DNA of 64,000 nt from an uncultured Ectothiorhodospiraceae bacterium. Its GTDB lineage: Bacteria > Pseudomonadota > Gammaproteobacteria > HK1. The notes below the pieces were generated by a model, which saw nothing but the letters and a program-made list of their open reading frames with translations, was not told the origin of the DNA and did no database searches. The position numbers and the translations under genes were made by a program. Below are positions 1-8,929 of this stretch, in pieces. How positions within the stretch are numbered: the stretch's first letter is position 1; each line of letters starts with the position of its first letter. The stretch is taken from the NCBI GenBank assembly GCA_964420925.1, contig CAYQVB010000021.1:587-64586 (forward strand). Reading direction: 5' to 3'.

Positions 1-1
1 T

Positions 2-586
2 CTCTGGAGCCTGTACCGGGTCTTCACCTCCTTCTTCCTCGCGGCGCTCACCGCGATCCCCATCGGCATCGCGATGGGGATGAGCCGGATCGCCCGTGGC
101 GTCTTCGATCCGCCGATCGAGTTCTACCGGCCGATACCGCCGCTCGCCTATCTGCCCCTCACCATCATCTGGTTCGGGATCGGCGAGTCGGGGAAGCTGT
201 TCCTGATCTACCTCGCCTGTTTCGCGCCCATCGCGATCAATGCCCGTGCCGGAGTGCGCTCCGTTTCGATAGAGCAGATCCACGCCGCGTACTCCATGGG
301 CGCGACCCGCCAGCAGGTCATCCGGCAAGTGGTAATCAAGGCGGCCCTTCCCGAGATCCTCACCGGCATGCGGGTCGCGATCGCCTTCGGCTGGACCACG
401 CTGGTGGCGGCGGAAATGGTCGCGGCCAAGGCCGGAATCGGGGTCATGGTGCTGAACGCCGCACGCTTTCTCGCCACCGACATCGTGTTCCTCGGCATCG
501 TCGTGATCGGCGCGGTCGCCTTCGTTTTCGACCTGATCATGCGCAAGGTAGAGCAGGCGCTCGTCCCCTGGAAGGGGAAGGTCTGA
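2..586 (+). CDS. ABC transporter permease, NitT/TauT (nitrate/sulfonate/taurine) type; 5' end lies outside the window
   Basis: The frame of track ORF 74..586 stays open back to nt 2. It has hydrophobic TM segments and a conserved cytoplasmic loop 'SMGATRQQVIRQVVIKAALPEILTGMRVA' typical of TauC/SsuC-like permeases. Confidence 0.8.
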   Translation, partial: LWSLYRVFTSFFLAALTAIPIGIAMGMSRIARGVFDPPIEFYRPIPPLAYLPLTIIWFGIGESGKLFLIYLACFAPIAINARAGVRSVSIEQIHAAYSMGATRQQVIRQVVIKAALPEILTGMRVAIAFGWTTLVAAEMVAAKAGIGVMVLNAARFLATDIVFLGIVVIGAVAFVFDLIMRKVEQALVPWKGKV

Positions 587-767
587 CCCGGCGGCGGAGG
601 ACCTCACCTGCCCACCGATTCCGGTGAGAAGGGCGGGTGCGGGCGCCCGCGCCGCGTGTCCGAGGACCGAACCTGAGCGGCCTCCTCCCGGACGAGACCC
701 CGAGCGCGAACACCGCGGGTGCCCGGCGGGACCGCATGGCTGGAAACACTCCTCACTCGTTGTCTTT

Positions 768-880
768 CGTGGATTCCCGCACACCAAGGGAATGACGGAA
801 ACCAGCGACTCGAACGCGCGACTCCCTCGATGTTCCTTCCGCGACGCCGGGGCGGTCTGCCGCCGTGACCGGCTTGTGCG
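768..880 (+). repeat. REP/MITE-like intergenic repeat, head+tail copy
   Basis: Head 'GTGGATTCCCGC..GGGAATGACGG' is followed by tail '..CGACTCGAACGCGCG..CGATGTTCC..'. It aligns by eye with 29963..30078 (+) and 51342..51456 (-). Confidence 0.7.
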
Positions 881-932
881 GCACCGGAGTCTTCTGCGAC
901 CCTGAAAGCGATCCACCGGAAGGATTCGCGAG

Positions 933-2654
933 ATGGAAGAGTTCGACTACATCGTCGTCGGAGCGGGGTCCGCGGGCTGCGTGCTCGCGAACCGGCTGAG
1001 CGAGGACTCCGGCACGCGAGTGCTGGTGCTGGAAGGGGGTGGGAGCGACCGCAGCGTGCTCATCCAGATGCCGGCCGCGCTCGGAATCCCCTTGTTCATG
1101 CCGCGATTCAACTGGGGTTTCGAGTCCGACCCCGAGCCCGGCCTCGACGGCCGGCGCATGAACTGTCCGAGGGGCAAGGCCCTGGGAGGGTCGTCGTCGA
1201 TTAACGGCATGGTATACGTACGCGGGCACGCCTGCGACTTCGACCAGTGGGAGGAGCACGGCGCGGCGGGCTGGAGCTACCGCCACTGCCTGCCGTACTT
1301 CCGCCGCGCCGAGAACTGGAAGGGCGGAGGCGACGAGTACCGCGGCGGAGAGGGGCCGCTCGCGACCTGCAGCGGCAACGAGATGCGCCTGAACCCCCTC
1401 TACGAAGCCTTCATCCGGGCCGGGGAGCAGGCGGGCTATCCCGTAAGCCCGGACTACAACGGATACCAGCAGGAAGGCTTCGGCCCGATGCACATGACGG
1501 TGAAAGGCGGAGTGCGCTGGTCGACGGCGAACGCGTACCTGCGCCCGGTCATGAGGCGGCCCAACCTGAAGGTGGAGACCAGGGCGCTCACGCGCCGCGT
1601 GATGCTCGAAGGACGCCGGGCGGTGGGCGTGGAGTACGAGCGGGGGGGGCAGACGCGCCAGGCGCGGGCGCGGCGGGAAGTGATCCTCTGCGCCGGTGCG
1701 ATAGGCTCGCCGGTTATCCTGCAGCTCTCCGGCATCGGGCCGGGGGCAGTGCTCGGCGCGGCGGGCGTGGAGCTTCGCCACGAGTTGCCCGGAGTGGGCG
1801 CGAACCTGCAGGACCACCTGGAGGTCTACTACCAGTTCCGGTGCAGGCAGCCGATCACCCTGAACGGAAAGCTCGGGGTCGCGAGCCGCATGTTCATCGG
1901 GGCACGCTGGCTGCTCCGCAAGGACGGGCTCGGCGCCACCAACCACTTCGAGTCCTGCGGCTTCATCCGGTCCCGAGCAGGACTGCGCTGGCCCGACATT
2001 CAGTACCACTTCATGCCGGCCGCGTACGTGCCGTCGAACGAGCCGGCGCATGCGCTCAGCGCGGGCGGCATGGGCAAGTTCCCGGGGCACGGCTACCAGG
2101 TGCACGTCGGGCCCAACAAGCCGAAGAGCCGGGGACGCGTGCACATCCGGTCCGCGGACCCGAGGGCGAAGCCGAGCATCCTGTTCAACTACCTCCAGCA
2201 CGAGCAGGATCGCATCGACTGGCGGGCCACGGTGCGCCTGACCCGCGAGATCATGCGCCAGCCCGCGCTGGACCCGTTCCGGGGCGAGGAGTTCGCGCCT
2301 GGAGACGAGGTGCGGAGCGACGAGGAGATCGACGCGTGGGTGCGCAAGGCGGGGGAAACCGCCTACCACCCCTCCAGCGCCTGCAAGATGGGCGCCGCCA
2401 CCGATCCGATGGCCGTCGTGGACCCGGAGTGCCGGGTCATCGGCATGAAAGGCCTGCGCGTCGTCGACTCGTCGATCTTTCCCGTGATCACCAACGGCAA
2501 CCTGAATGCGCCCACCATTATGAGCGCGGAGAAGGCGGCCGACCTCATCCGGGGCCTTCCTGCGCTGCCGCCCTCGAACGCGCCGACGTGGATCGACCCG
2601 GAGTGGGAGACCCGCCAGCGTCCGGGCGCGCCGGAGAGGTCGATCGAGGGGTGA
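933..2654 (+). CDS. GMC-family FAD oxidoreductase, choline dehydrogenase-like
   Basis: N-terminal FAD fold '[21 protein letters not shown]' and GMC signature '[18 protein letters not shown]'. C-terminal 'HPSSACKMG' and 'RVVDSSIFP' motifs are present. Confidence 0.9.
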   Translation: MEEFDYIVVGAGSAGCVLANRLSEDSGTRVLVLEGGGSDRSVLIQMPAALGIPLFMPRFNWGFESDPEPGLDGRRMNCPRGKALGGSSSINGMVYVRGHACDFDQWEEHGAAGWSYRHCLPYFRRAENWKGGGDEYRGGEGPLATCSGNEMRLNPLYEAFIRAGEQAGYPVSPDYNGYQQEGFGPMHMTVKGGVRWSTANAYLRPVMRRPNLKVETRALTRRVMLEGRRAVGVEYERGGQTRQARARREVILCAGAIGSPVILQLSGIGPGAVLGAAGVELRHELPGVGANLQDHLEVYYQFRCRQPITLNGKLGVASRMFIGARWLLRKDGLGATNHFESCGFIRSRAGLRWPDIQYHFMPAAYVPSNEPAHALSAGGMGKFPGHGYQVHVGPNKPKSRGRVHIRSADPRAKPSILFNYLQHEQDRIDWRATVRLTREIMRQPALDPFRGEEFAPGDEVRSDEEIDAWVRKAGETAYHPSSACKMGAATDPMAVVDPECRVIGMKGLRVVDSSIFPVITNGNLNAPTIMSAEKAADLIRGLPALPPSNAPTWIDPEWETRQRPGAPERSIEG

Positions 2655-2828
2655 ATCCGCACCTCCGACCCACGGGGTAAGCCAAGCCGCGAGTTGAGAG
2701 TGTGTTCGGGGAGAGCTTCTCTCGTTCTCGTGACCTGCTGCGGGTCGAACGATGCACTGCATTCGCGACGCTCGGCATTCCGCCTATCATCTCCGCTCGG
2801 GCGGCGGCACGGACATGAGGGAGGGCCG

Positions 2829-4757
2829 GTGGCCAAGAAGATAGCGCCCTTCGGGGAATGGGCATCCCCGATCGGTACCGACCGGATAACGGCCGGAAGC
2901 GTTCGCCTCGAGGCGGTGGCGATCGATGGCGACCGGATCTGCTGGCTGGAGGGGCGTCCTGCCGAGGGGGGACGTTACGCACTGGTGTGCCGCGAGTCGG
3001 ACGGAAGCGTTCGCGACCTCGTACCCCCACCGTTCAACGTGCGCACCCGGGTGCACGAGTACGGAGGCGGCAGCTTCCTGGCGCACAATGGCCGGGTGTG
3101 GTTCGCCAACGACGCCGACCAGCGCCTCTACGCAACTGACGCTGACTCGCCACCGGTCGCGCTCACGGGCGAAGGCCCCCATCGCTATGCCGACATGCAG
3201 CTCGACGAACGCCGATCGCGCCTCGTCTGCGTGCGCGAGACCCAATTCGAAGACGGCACGGAACCCGCCAATGACCTGGTCGCGGTCCCCCTCGCCGGCG
3301 GCGAAGCGCAGGTGCTGCATGAAGGTCACGACTTCTACTCGAACCCGGCTCCGAGCCCGGACGGGGAGTGGCTGGCGTGGATGACCTGGGACCACCCCAA
3401 CATGCCCTGGGACGAGAGCGAGGTGTGGCTCGCCCGCATCGCGGCCGATGGCTCGCTCGGCGAGGCAACGCGCGTCGCGGGCGGCGATGGCATATCCGTG
3501 TACCAGCCCGACTGGTCGCCCGACGGCGTGCTGCACCTGGTATGTGATCGCGCCGGCTGGTGGAACCTCTACCGCTGGCGGAACGGTGCCCTGGAGCCGG
3601 TGTACGAGGGCGAGGTCGAGATCGCGCACCCCCAGTGGCAGCTCGGCACCGCGACCTATGGGTTCGCCCGGGGCGGAAGCATCGTGTTCAGTTGCTGCGA
3701 AGCGGGGCGCTGGCGTCTCGTGCGCCTCGACGACGCCGGCGCAACCCGAGCCCAGCCTTCCTGCGCTCACCTGGAATCCATCGCGGATCTCGCAGTGCAC
3801 GGCGATACCTGCGCGTTGCTCGCGGGCGCTCCGGATCTGCCCGGGTCGGTGCTGCGGGTGGATATCGCCCGGGACGAGACGGAGACTCTGCGGCAGTCGT
3901 TCCCGCCCTCCCTCGACCCCGCGCACCTCTCGATTCCGCGACGGGTCGACTTCCCCACCGGCGAGGGCGAATGCGCCCACGCCTTCTTCTATCCGCCGGC
4001 AAACGCGGATTACGCGGCGCCGGAAGGGGAGACGCCCCCTCTCATCGTGGTCAGCCACGGGGGGCCGACCGGGGCCACCTCCACGACGTTGGACTTGCGC
4101 ATCCAGTTCTGGACGAGCCGGGGTTTCGCGGTCCTCGACGTCGACTACCGGGGCAGCACCGGCTACGGCCGCGCTTATCGTGACCGGCTCTCGGAGGCCT
4201 GGGGCCTCGCCGACGTCGAAGACTGCGTGAAGGGCGCCCTCCACCTGGCGGCGGAAGGCGATGTGGACGGCGAACGCCTCGCGATACGTGGCGGCAGCGC
4301 GGGCGGATTCACCACCCTGGCCGCGCTCGTGTTTCACGACGTCTTCAAGGCGGGGGCCAGCTACTACGGCATCAGCGATCTCGAGGCGCTGGCCCGTGAC
4401 ACCCACAAGTTCGAGTCACGCTACCTCGACCGCCTCATCGGCCCCTGGCCGGAGCAGGCCGAGCGCTACCGGGAGCGCTCTCCTATCCACTCTGCCGAGT
4501 GGCTTTCCTGCCCGGTGATCTTCTTCCAGGGACTCGAAGACAAGGTCGTGCCGCCGAACCAGGCCGAGCGCATGGTGCAGGTGCTGCGCGAACGCGGTCT
4601 CCCCGTGGCCTACCTCGCCTTCGAAGGCGAGCAGCACGGGTTCCGGCGGGCTGGGACCATCGAGGCCACATTGCAGGCCGAGCTCTCCTTCTACGGGCGG
4701 GTCTTCGGCTTCCGCCCCGCGGGAGACCCGCCGGCGCTCGAGATCGAGAATCTCTGA
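2829..4757 (+). CDS. S9 family serine peptidase (prolyl oligopeptidase / acylaminoacyl-peptidase type) with N-terminal propeller region
   Basis: Nucleophile elbow 'IRGGSAGGFTT', Asp region 'FFQGLEDKVVP' and His region 'EGEQHGF'. I chose GTG 2829 because it follows 'GAGGGAGGG'. The ORF extension back to 2694 looks non-coding. Confidence 0.85.
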   Translation: MAKKIAPFGEWASPIGTDRITAGSVRLEAVAIDGDRICWLEGRPAEGGRYALVCRESDGSVRDLVPPPFNVRTRVHEYGGGSFLAHNGRVWFANDADQRLYATDADSPPVALTGEGPHRYADMQLDERRSRLVCVRETQFEDGTEPANDLVAVPLAGGEAQVLHEGHDFYSNPAPSPDGEWLAWMTWDHPNMPWDESEVWLARIAADGSLGEATRVAGGDGISVYQPDWSPDGVLHLVCDRAGWWNLYRWRNGALEPVYEGEVEIAHPQWQLGTATYGFARGGSIVFSCCEAGRWRLVRLDDAGATRAQPSCAHLESIADLAVHGDTCALLAGAPDLPGSVLRVDIARDETETLRQSFPPSLDPAHLSIPRRVDFPTGEGECAHAFFYPPANADYAAPEGETPPLIVVSHGGPTGATSTTLDLRIQFWTSRGFAVLDVDYRGSTGYGRAYRDRLSEAWGLADVEDCVKGALHLAAEGDVDGERLAIRGGSAGGFTTLAALVFHDVFKAGASYYGISDLEALARDTHKFESRYLDRLIGPWPEQAERYRERSPIHSAEWLSCPVIFFQGLEDKVVPPNQAERMVQVLRERGLPVAYLAFEGEQHGFRRAGTIEATLQAELSFYGRVFGFRPAGDPPALEIENL

Positions 4758-4771
4758 ATCAGGAGACCCCC

Positions 4772-5671
4772 ATGGCGCAAGAAGTCATCCTCACCTGCGC
4801 GGTCAGCGGCAGCCACGACAACCACCACCGGCACCCCGACTTTCCCATCACCCCGAAGCAGATCGCGCAGGCCTGCCTCGACGCGCGCAGCGCCGGCGCC
4901 GCCGCGGTCCACATCCACGTACGGGATCCCGAGACCGGCATCCATTCCGGCGATCCCGAGCTCTTCCGGGAGGTGGTCGGGCGCATCCGGGACAGCGGCA
5001 GCGACGTCATCATCAATCTCACCACCGGCTGGGGAGCGCGCTACGTGCCCGATGAGGACGACCCCACGGTGCCCGCGGATGGCACCACCCTCACCACCCC
5101 GAAGCGCCGCATGCGCCACATCGAGGAGCTTCGCCCCGACATCTGCACTCTGGACGTCGCCACCTTCAACTTCGGCGAGCAGGTGTTCATGAACACCCCC
5201 GCCCATCTGCGGGTCATGGCCGGCATCGCGAAGGAGATCGGAGTGAAACCGGAGATCGAGTGCTTCGAGCCCGGTCACGTGGTGCTGGCGCGTCAGCTCA
5301 TCGACGAGGGAATGATCGAGGATCCGCCGATGTTCCAGCTCTGCCTCGGCATCCGCTACGCCTCGCCCGCCACCCCGGAAGCGATGTCCTTCATGCGCAG
5401 CCTCCTGCCCGAGGGCGCGCGTTGGGCGGCGTTCGGAATCTCGCGCTTCGAGTTCCCGATGGTAGCGCAGGCGGTGACCCTGGGTGGCCACACCCGCGTC
5501 GGGCTCGAGGACAACCTCTATCTCTCCAGGGGCGTGTTCGCTTCCAACGGCGACCTCGTGGAGAAGGCGGTGCGCATCATCCGCGAGCTCGGCGCCGACG
5601 TGGTCGAGCCCGCCCGCGCGGCCGAGATCCTCGAGCTCCCGCCGCGGGGCCAGACTCCGCCGCCGGTCTGA
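4772..5671 (+). CDS. BKACE family enzyme (3-keto-5-aminohexanoate cleavage-like, DUF849)
   Basis: ATG 4772 follows 'AGGAGA'. 'VILTCAVSGS..PDFPITPKQIAQACLDARSAGAAAVHIHVRDPETG' is the typical BKACE N-terminal TIM-barrel pattern. The track ORF start at 4499 overlaps the previous gene and is rejected. Confidence 0.85.
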   Translation: MAQEVILTCAVSGSHDNHHRHPDFPITPKQIAQACLDARSAGAAAVHIHVRDPETGIHSGDPELFREVVGRIRDSGSDVIINLTTGWGARYVPDEDDPTVPADGTTLTTPKRRMRHIEELRPDICTLDVATFNFGEQVFMNTPAHLRVMAGIAKEIGVKPEIECFEPGHVVLARQLIDEGMIEDPPMFQLCLGIRYASPATPEAMSFMRSLLPEGARWAAFGISRFEFPMVAQAVTLGGHTRVGLEDNLYLSRGVFASNGDLVEKAVRIIRELGADVVEPARAAEILELPPRGQTPPPV

Positions 5672-5846
5672 GCGGGACGAAGCTTCTCCTCGCCTCTGCG
5701 TGGCCAGGTCGGCCGGCGCGCCGCTCGACGGTCAACCCCCTGCGGACGGATGGCCCCGCCTGCAGAGGCTCTTCGATCACAGGCACGCCCGCGCAGTGGT
5801 GGTCGGCATCCGCGTTGATGGTGCGGTGCCCACGGAAGGAGCCCGG

Positions 5847-7334
5847 TCAGTGAACGACCCGCGCCGCGGACAGGCTGTACTTGCGCAGGACGCGTTCCGT
5901 TGCCTGGTCGAGGTCCGCACTGTCCAGCACCAGTCGGATCGGGCCGCGCTCGGGCAGGAGATCGATGACGTGAAAGCCCGCTTGCGGGCTTTGTAGAGCC
6001 GTTTCAAGGTCGCGCAGGTTGGCGACGGATTGCCCGTTGATCCGATCGACGATGCGGAAGGCGAATTCCCGGTAGCCGAGATTGAAGGGATCGGGCAGCA
6101 CCTGGGAGAGCATCACCAGGTGTCGCCGTTCGGAATGGGGTGACTGGTGGAGATAGTGGCGCAGCCGGAAGGGTGCCGACTTGCGCCACTCCGGGCCCCA
6201 ACTGCGAAGGTAATCGGTGGTCAACGGCTGGAAGACGAGCCCGCCGGCGACCACGTACTCCGGGCGCCGGTCGAAAACCCGATCCGGCACCAGCGCGTCC
6301 GCGTAGTACGCCGGCGGCAGGGGCAGCGCGATGGACATGGTCTGTCCGTCGCGCCAGACCTCGAAGGTCGACGAGTCACCCGCGAACTTCCCTCGGGTCG
6401 AGAGATTTCCGAAAGGCAGATAACCATACAACGGGTCGAGGTAGTTGCCGTCGCTCTCGATCTCGAATGCGTCGATGGAAAGGATGACGTCGCGCGAGCG
6501 GAGATGCTCCGCGAACGGCGAAAGGGCGGGGACCGCCGTGACCACGACCCCGCGCGGGGCGCCGGGGAGCCCGAGATACTCGGTGGTGGCCGGGTTCTGC
6601 GTGCCCTGCCAGGTGAAAGGGTACCGGCCGAGCGAGGCCTGCGGGTCGTGGCGCTTGCGCGCGAGCAACCCGGCGACGAGGGGAGCGGGAATCACCGAGA
6701 GCAGCTTTCCGTCGTGGCCGGCGCCGAGCCCGATCACCTCGTTTCCGGCCACCACGATCTGCGACGCAGCCTCGTCGCCAGCGTCCGCTTCGCCGGGTCC
6801 GCCATCCGCGGCGTCCAACCCTGCCTCCGAAGCGACCTCCAGCATCAGGTGCTGCACCATCCGTTGCGGATCGCGCGGGACGTGGACGCGCCGCAGGGTG
6901 CCGGGTGCCGACACCACCCGCCCATCGAGGAAGTGCCAGATCTGCACCGGTCCGCTCTCGGGAACTCGTCGAGCAAGCGGAGCGGCAGGGGCCGCCGGCC
7001 ACGCTTCTTCCTCCCCTGCCGACAGCACCGCGAGGTTCGCGTAGGGGTCAATCCACTCGACGCCTGCGAGCCGCCAGCGCCCATCCCCCTCGCGGCGCAC
7101 CCGCAGCAGGGTGGCGTGGTCCAGCCCTCCGGCGGTCGTCAGCAGCTTCCCGTCCTCGACCACGAGCCCGTTCTTCAGCACGGTCCGGGAAGTGCTCGAC
7201 CACGGCTGGTAGTGCGAGTAGCGCACCGCAGTGGCCTCGATCCACACCATCGACTGCTTCCAGTCCGCGGCGTAGACCGGCCCCGTCGCGAGGAGAGCTG
7301 CGAGCACGCCGGCGATAATCGTTGTGCGATTCAC
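5847..7334 (-). CDS. Secreted S1C-protease paralogue with apparently degenerate catalytic triad (pseudoprotease)
   Basis: Signal peptide 'MNRTTIIAGVLAALLATGPVYA'. It is collinear by eye with the upstream S1C protease, including the C-terminal 'VDRING..L.DL....FHVI' part. The His and Asp positions read 'TTAGGL' and 'YANLAVL', and no GxSGG motif is present. There is an ATGA stop/start overlap at 7331-7334. Confidence 0.7.
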   Translation of the reverse strand: MNRTTIIAGVLAALLATGPVYAADWKQSMVWIEATAVRYSHYQPWSSTSRTVLKNGLVVEDGKLLTTAGGLDHATLLRVRREGDGRWRLAGVEWIDPYANLAVLSAGEEEAWPAAPAAPLARRVPESGPVQIWHFLDGRVVSAPGTLRRVHVPRDPQRMVQHLMLEVASEAGLDAADGGPGEADAGDEAASQIVVAGNEVIGLGAGHDGKLLSVIPAPLVAGLLARKRHDPQASLGRYPFTWQGTQNPATTEYLGLPGAPRGVVVTAVPALSPFAEHLRSRDVILSIDAFEIESDGNYLDPLYGYLPFGNLSTRGKFAGDSSTFEVWRDGQTMSIALPLPPAYYADALVPDRVFDRRPEYVVAGGLVFQPLTTDYLRSWGPEWRKSAPFRLRHYLHQSPHSERRHLVMLSQVLPDPFNLGYREFAFRIVDRINGQSVANLRDLETALQSPQAGFHVIDLLPERGPIRLVLDSADLDQATERVLRKYSLSAARVVH

Positions 7335-8929
7335 AGCCGCCGGTCCGGAGCGAGCCCGTAGGCACTCGCGATCTCCGAGTGGGCGGCCTCCGCCTCCTCC
7401 CGGTCGACGACCGCGAACTGGCCGCTGTCCGAGAACTCGATGACGTGGAAGGGTCCGGCCGCCGCGTCGAAAGCGCGTGGCAGATCTCCGAGGCTCTCGA
7501 TGCGTACCCCGTTGATGCGATCGACGACACTCTTCTGGTGGAGCTTCAGGTCCGCGTTCACGGGGTGGGGCAGCACCCGGTCGAGCACGACGCTCTCCTG
7601 CCGGCGTTCCTCCGGATGCTCGTAGGGGTGGTAGTACAGCGCGTGGTGCAGGTGCGGATGCTCGAGCGCGCTCTGTCCTCCTTCGCTGATCGCTGCGAGG
7701 TAGTCGGCACTGAGCGGCAGGAACACCAGCCCCGCATACGCGAAGTAGCGCGGATGCAGATCGTACTGCGTGCCCTCGGCACGGTCCGCGGTGTAGACGT
7801 GGACCGGTAGATCGATCTCGATCCGCTCTCCGTTGCGGAAGAGCTCAACGCGCACCGCGTCGCCGGCCTGCACGGCATCGAACACGGTTCCCGCATGCAC
7901 CCGGTTGCCTTGGTAGAGCACGGTGCCGTCGCTGGCGACGGCGTGGCCGTCGACCGAGAGGAGGACGTCGTCCACGCGAAGCAGCGCCTCGGTGGACGGC
8001 ACATTCAGAATGTGGTCGATGCGCCCCCCCTGCCCATCGAGCTCCTCCGGCAACCCGAGATAGCGGCGGTACGCGTCGTTCTCGAGCCGGGAGAGCATGA
8101 TTCCCGCGTCCGGAAAGCCGTCATAGCGTCCGTCCTCGATGTCTTCGAGCACGTGCCGCACGAGCAGAGTCGGGATGAAGTAGCCGGTGTTCTCGAGCCG
8201 GGTGCGGTTCTGGAATGCCACTCCCACCACCAGGTCGTCCTGCATCACGGGGCCACCGCTGCTTCCCGGATTGATCGCCGCATCGGTCTGCACGGCCAGG
8301 AAGGTGCGGTTGCCGATATGGGCGTAGGGCTGGCTCTCGATGCGCGATACGACCCCTCGCGTGAAGGAGATCTGATCGCCGCCGGCAGGGTACCCCACGG
8401 TGGTGACGATGGAGCGCACCTCGGGCAGCCCTCCCAGGCGCAGCGGCTCGATGCCGGCGAAGAACTCCGGATCCTCCACTTCGAGCACCGCCAGATCGGC
8501 GTCATGGGCGATGTAGCGGGCGTGGGCGACATGGGACCGGGAACGCTGGTAGCCCCGGACGAGGATCTCCTTGGCCCAGCTCACGACGTGCGCGTTGGTG
8601 AGAATTCGCTGCCCCGGGATGACGAAGCCAGTGCCCGTCGATCCGCCCACGTGGCCCGAGCGCCACGGCTCGTCCCAGTGCGGGCGCTGCTTGAAGGTGG
8701 TGATGTGCACCACGGCGGTCTCGGGCGGGGCCGCAGATACGAGAGGGGGAAAAGCCGCAATCGATGCGATTGCGAGGATGTGCCCCAGAACTCGGAGCAG
8801 GCGGCGGCATGCGGGGTGCGCGCCGCGAACACCTGCTCCGATGGCCGCCGCCTCGGAACGGAAGATGGATACAACGCGCTTCACACCCGGCTCCACGGAA
8901 TGCCAAGCCGGTCGAGCTCTCCTTCGCAT
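7331..8929 (-). CDS. S1C (DegP/HtrA-like) serine protease with C-terminal PDZ-like region
   Basis: Catalytic motifs 'LTNAHVV' (His), 'HDADLAVLEV' (Asp) and 'NPGSSGGPV' (Ser). There is a signal-like segment 'LRVLGHILAIASIAAFPPLVSA'. The start is ambiguous: ATG 8929, or GTG 8884 in a GTGA overlap with the upstream stop. Confidence 0.85.
   Translation of the reverse strand: MRRRARPAWHSVEPGVKRVVSIFRSEAAAIGAGVRGAHPACRRLLRVLGHILAIASIAAFPPLVSAAPPETAVVHITTFKQRPHWDEPWRSGHVGGSTGTGFVIPGQRILTNAHVVSWAKEILVRGYQRSRSHVAHARYIAHDADLAVLEVEDPEFFAGIEPLRLGGLPEVRSIVTTVGYPAGGDQISFTRGVVSRIESQPYAHIGNRTFLAVQTDAAINPGSSGGPVMQDDLVVGVAFQNRTRLENTGYFIPTLLVRHVLEDIEDGRYDGFPDAGIMLSRLENDAYRRYLGLPEELDGQGGRIDHILNVPSTEALLRVDDVLLSVDGHAVASDGTVLYQGNRVHAGTVFDAVQAGDAVRVELFRNGERIEIDLPVHVYTADRAEGTQYDLHPRYFAYAGLVFLPLSADYLAAISEGGQSALEHPHLHHALYYHPYEHPEERRQESVVLDRVLPHPVNADLKLHQKSVVDRINGVRIESLGDLPRAFDAAAGPFHVIEFSDSGQFAVVDREEAEAAHSEIASAYGLAPDRRL

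Noticed and set aside
753-2762. 669-aa antisense ORF opposite the GMC oxidoreductase. Many similar long ORFs occur elsewhere, e.g. 2787..4406(-), 8764..10335(+), 13172..15016(-), 13798..15702(+), 32452..34209(-), 38121..39929(+), 58154..59623(-) and 61566..63221(-).
   Set aside because: They are Arg/Ala/Pro/Gly-rich low-complexity translations with no motifs. Each lies antisense to a gene with clear family signatures. Long stop-free antisense frames are expected in DNA this GC-rich.
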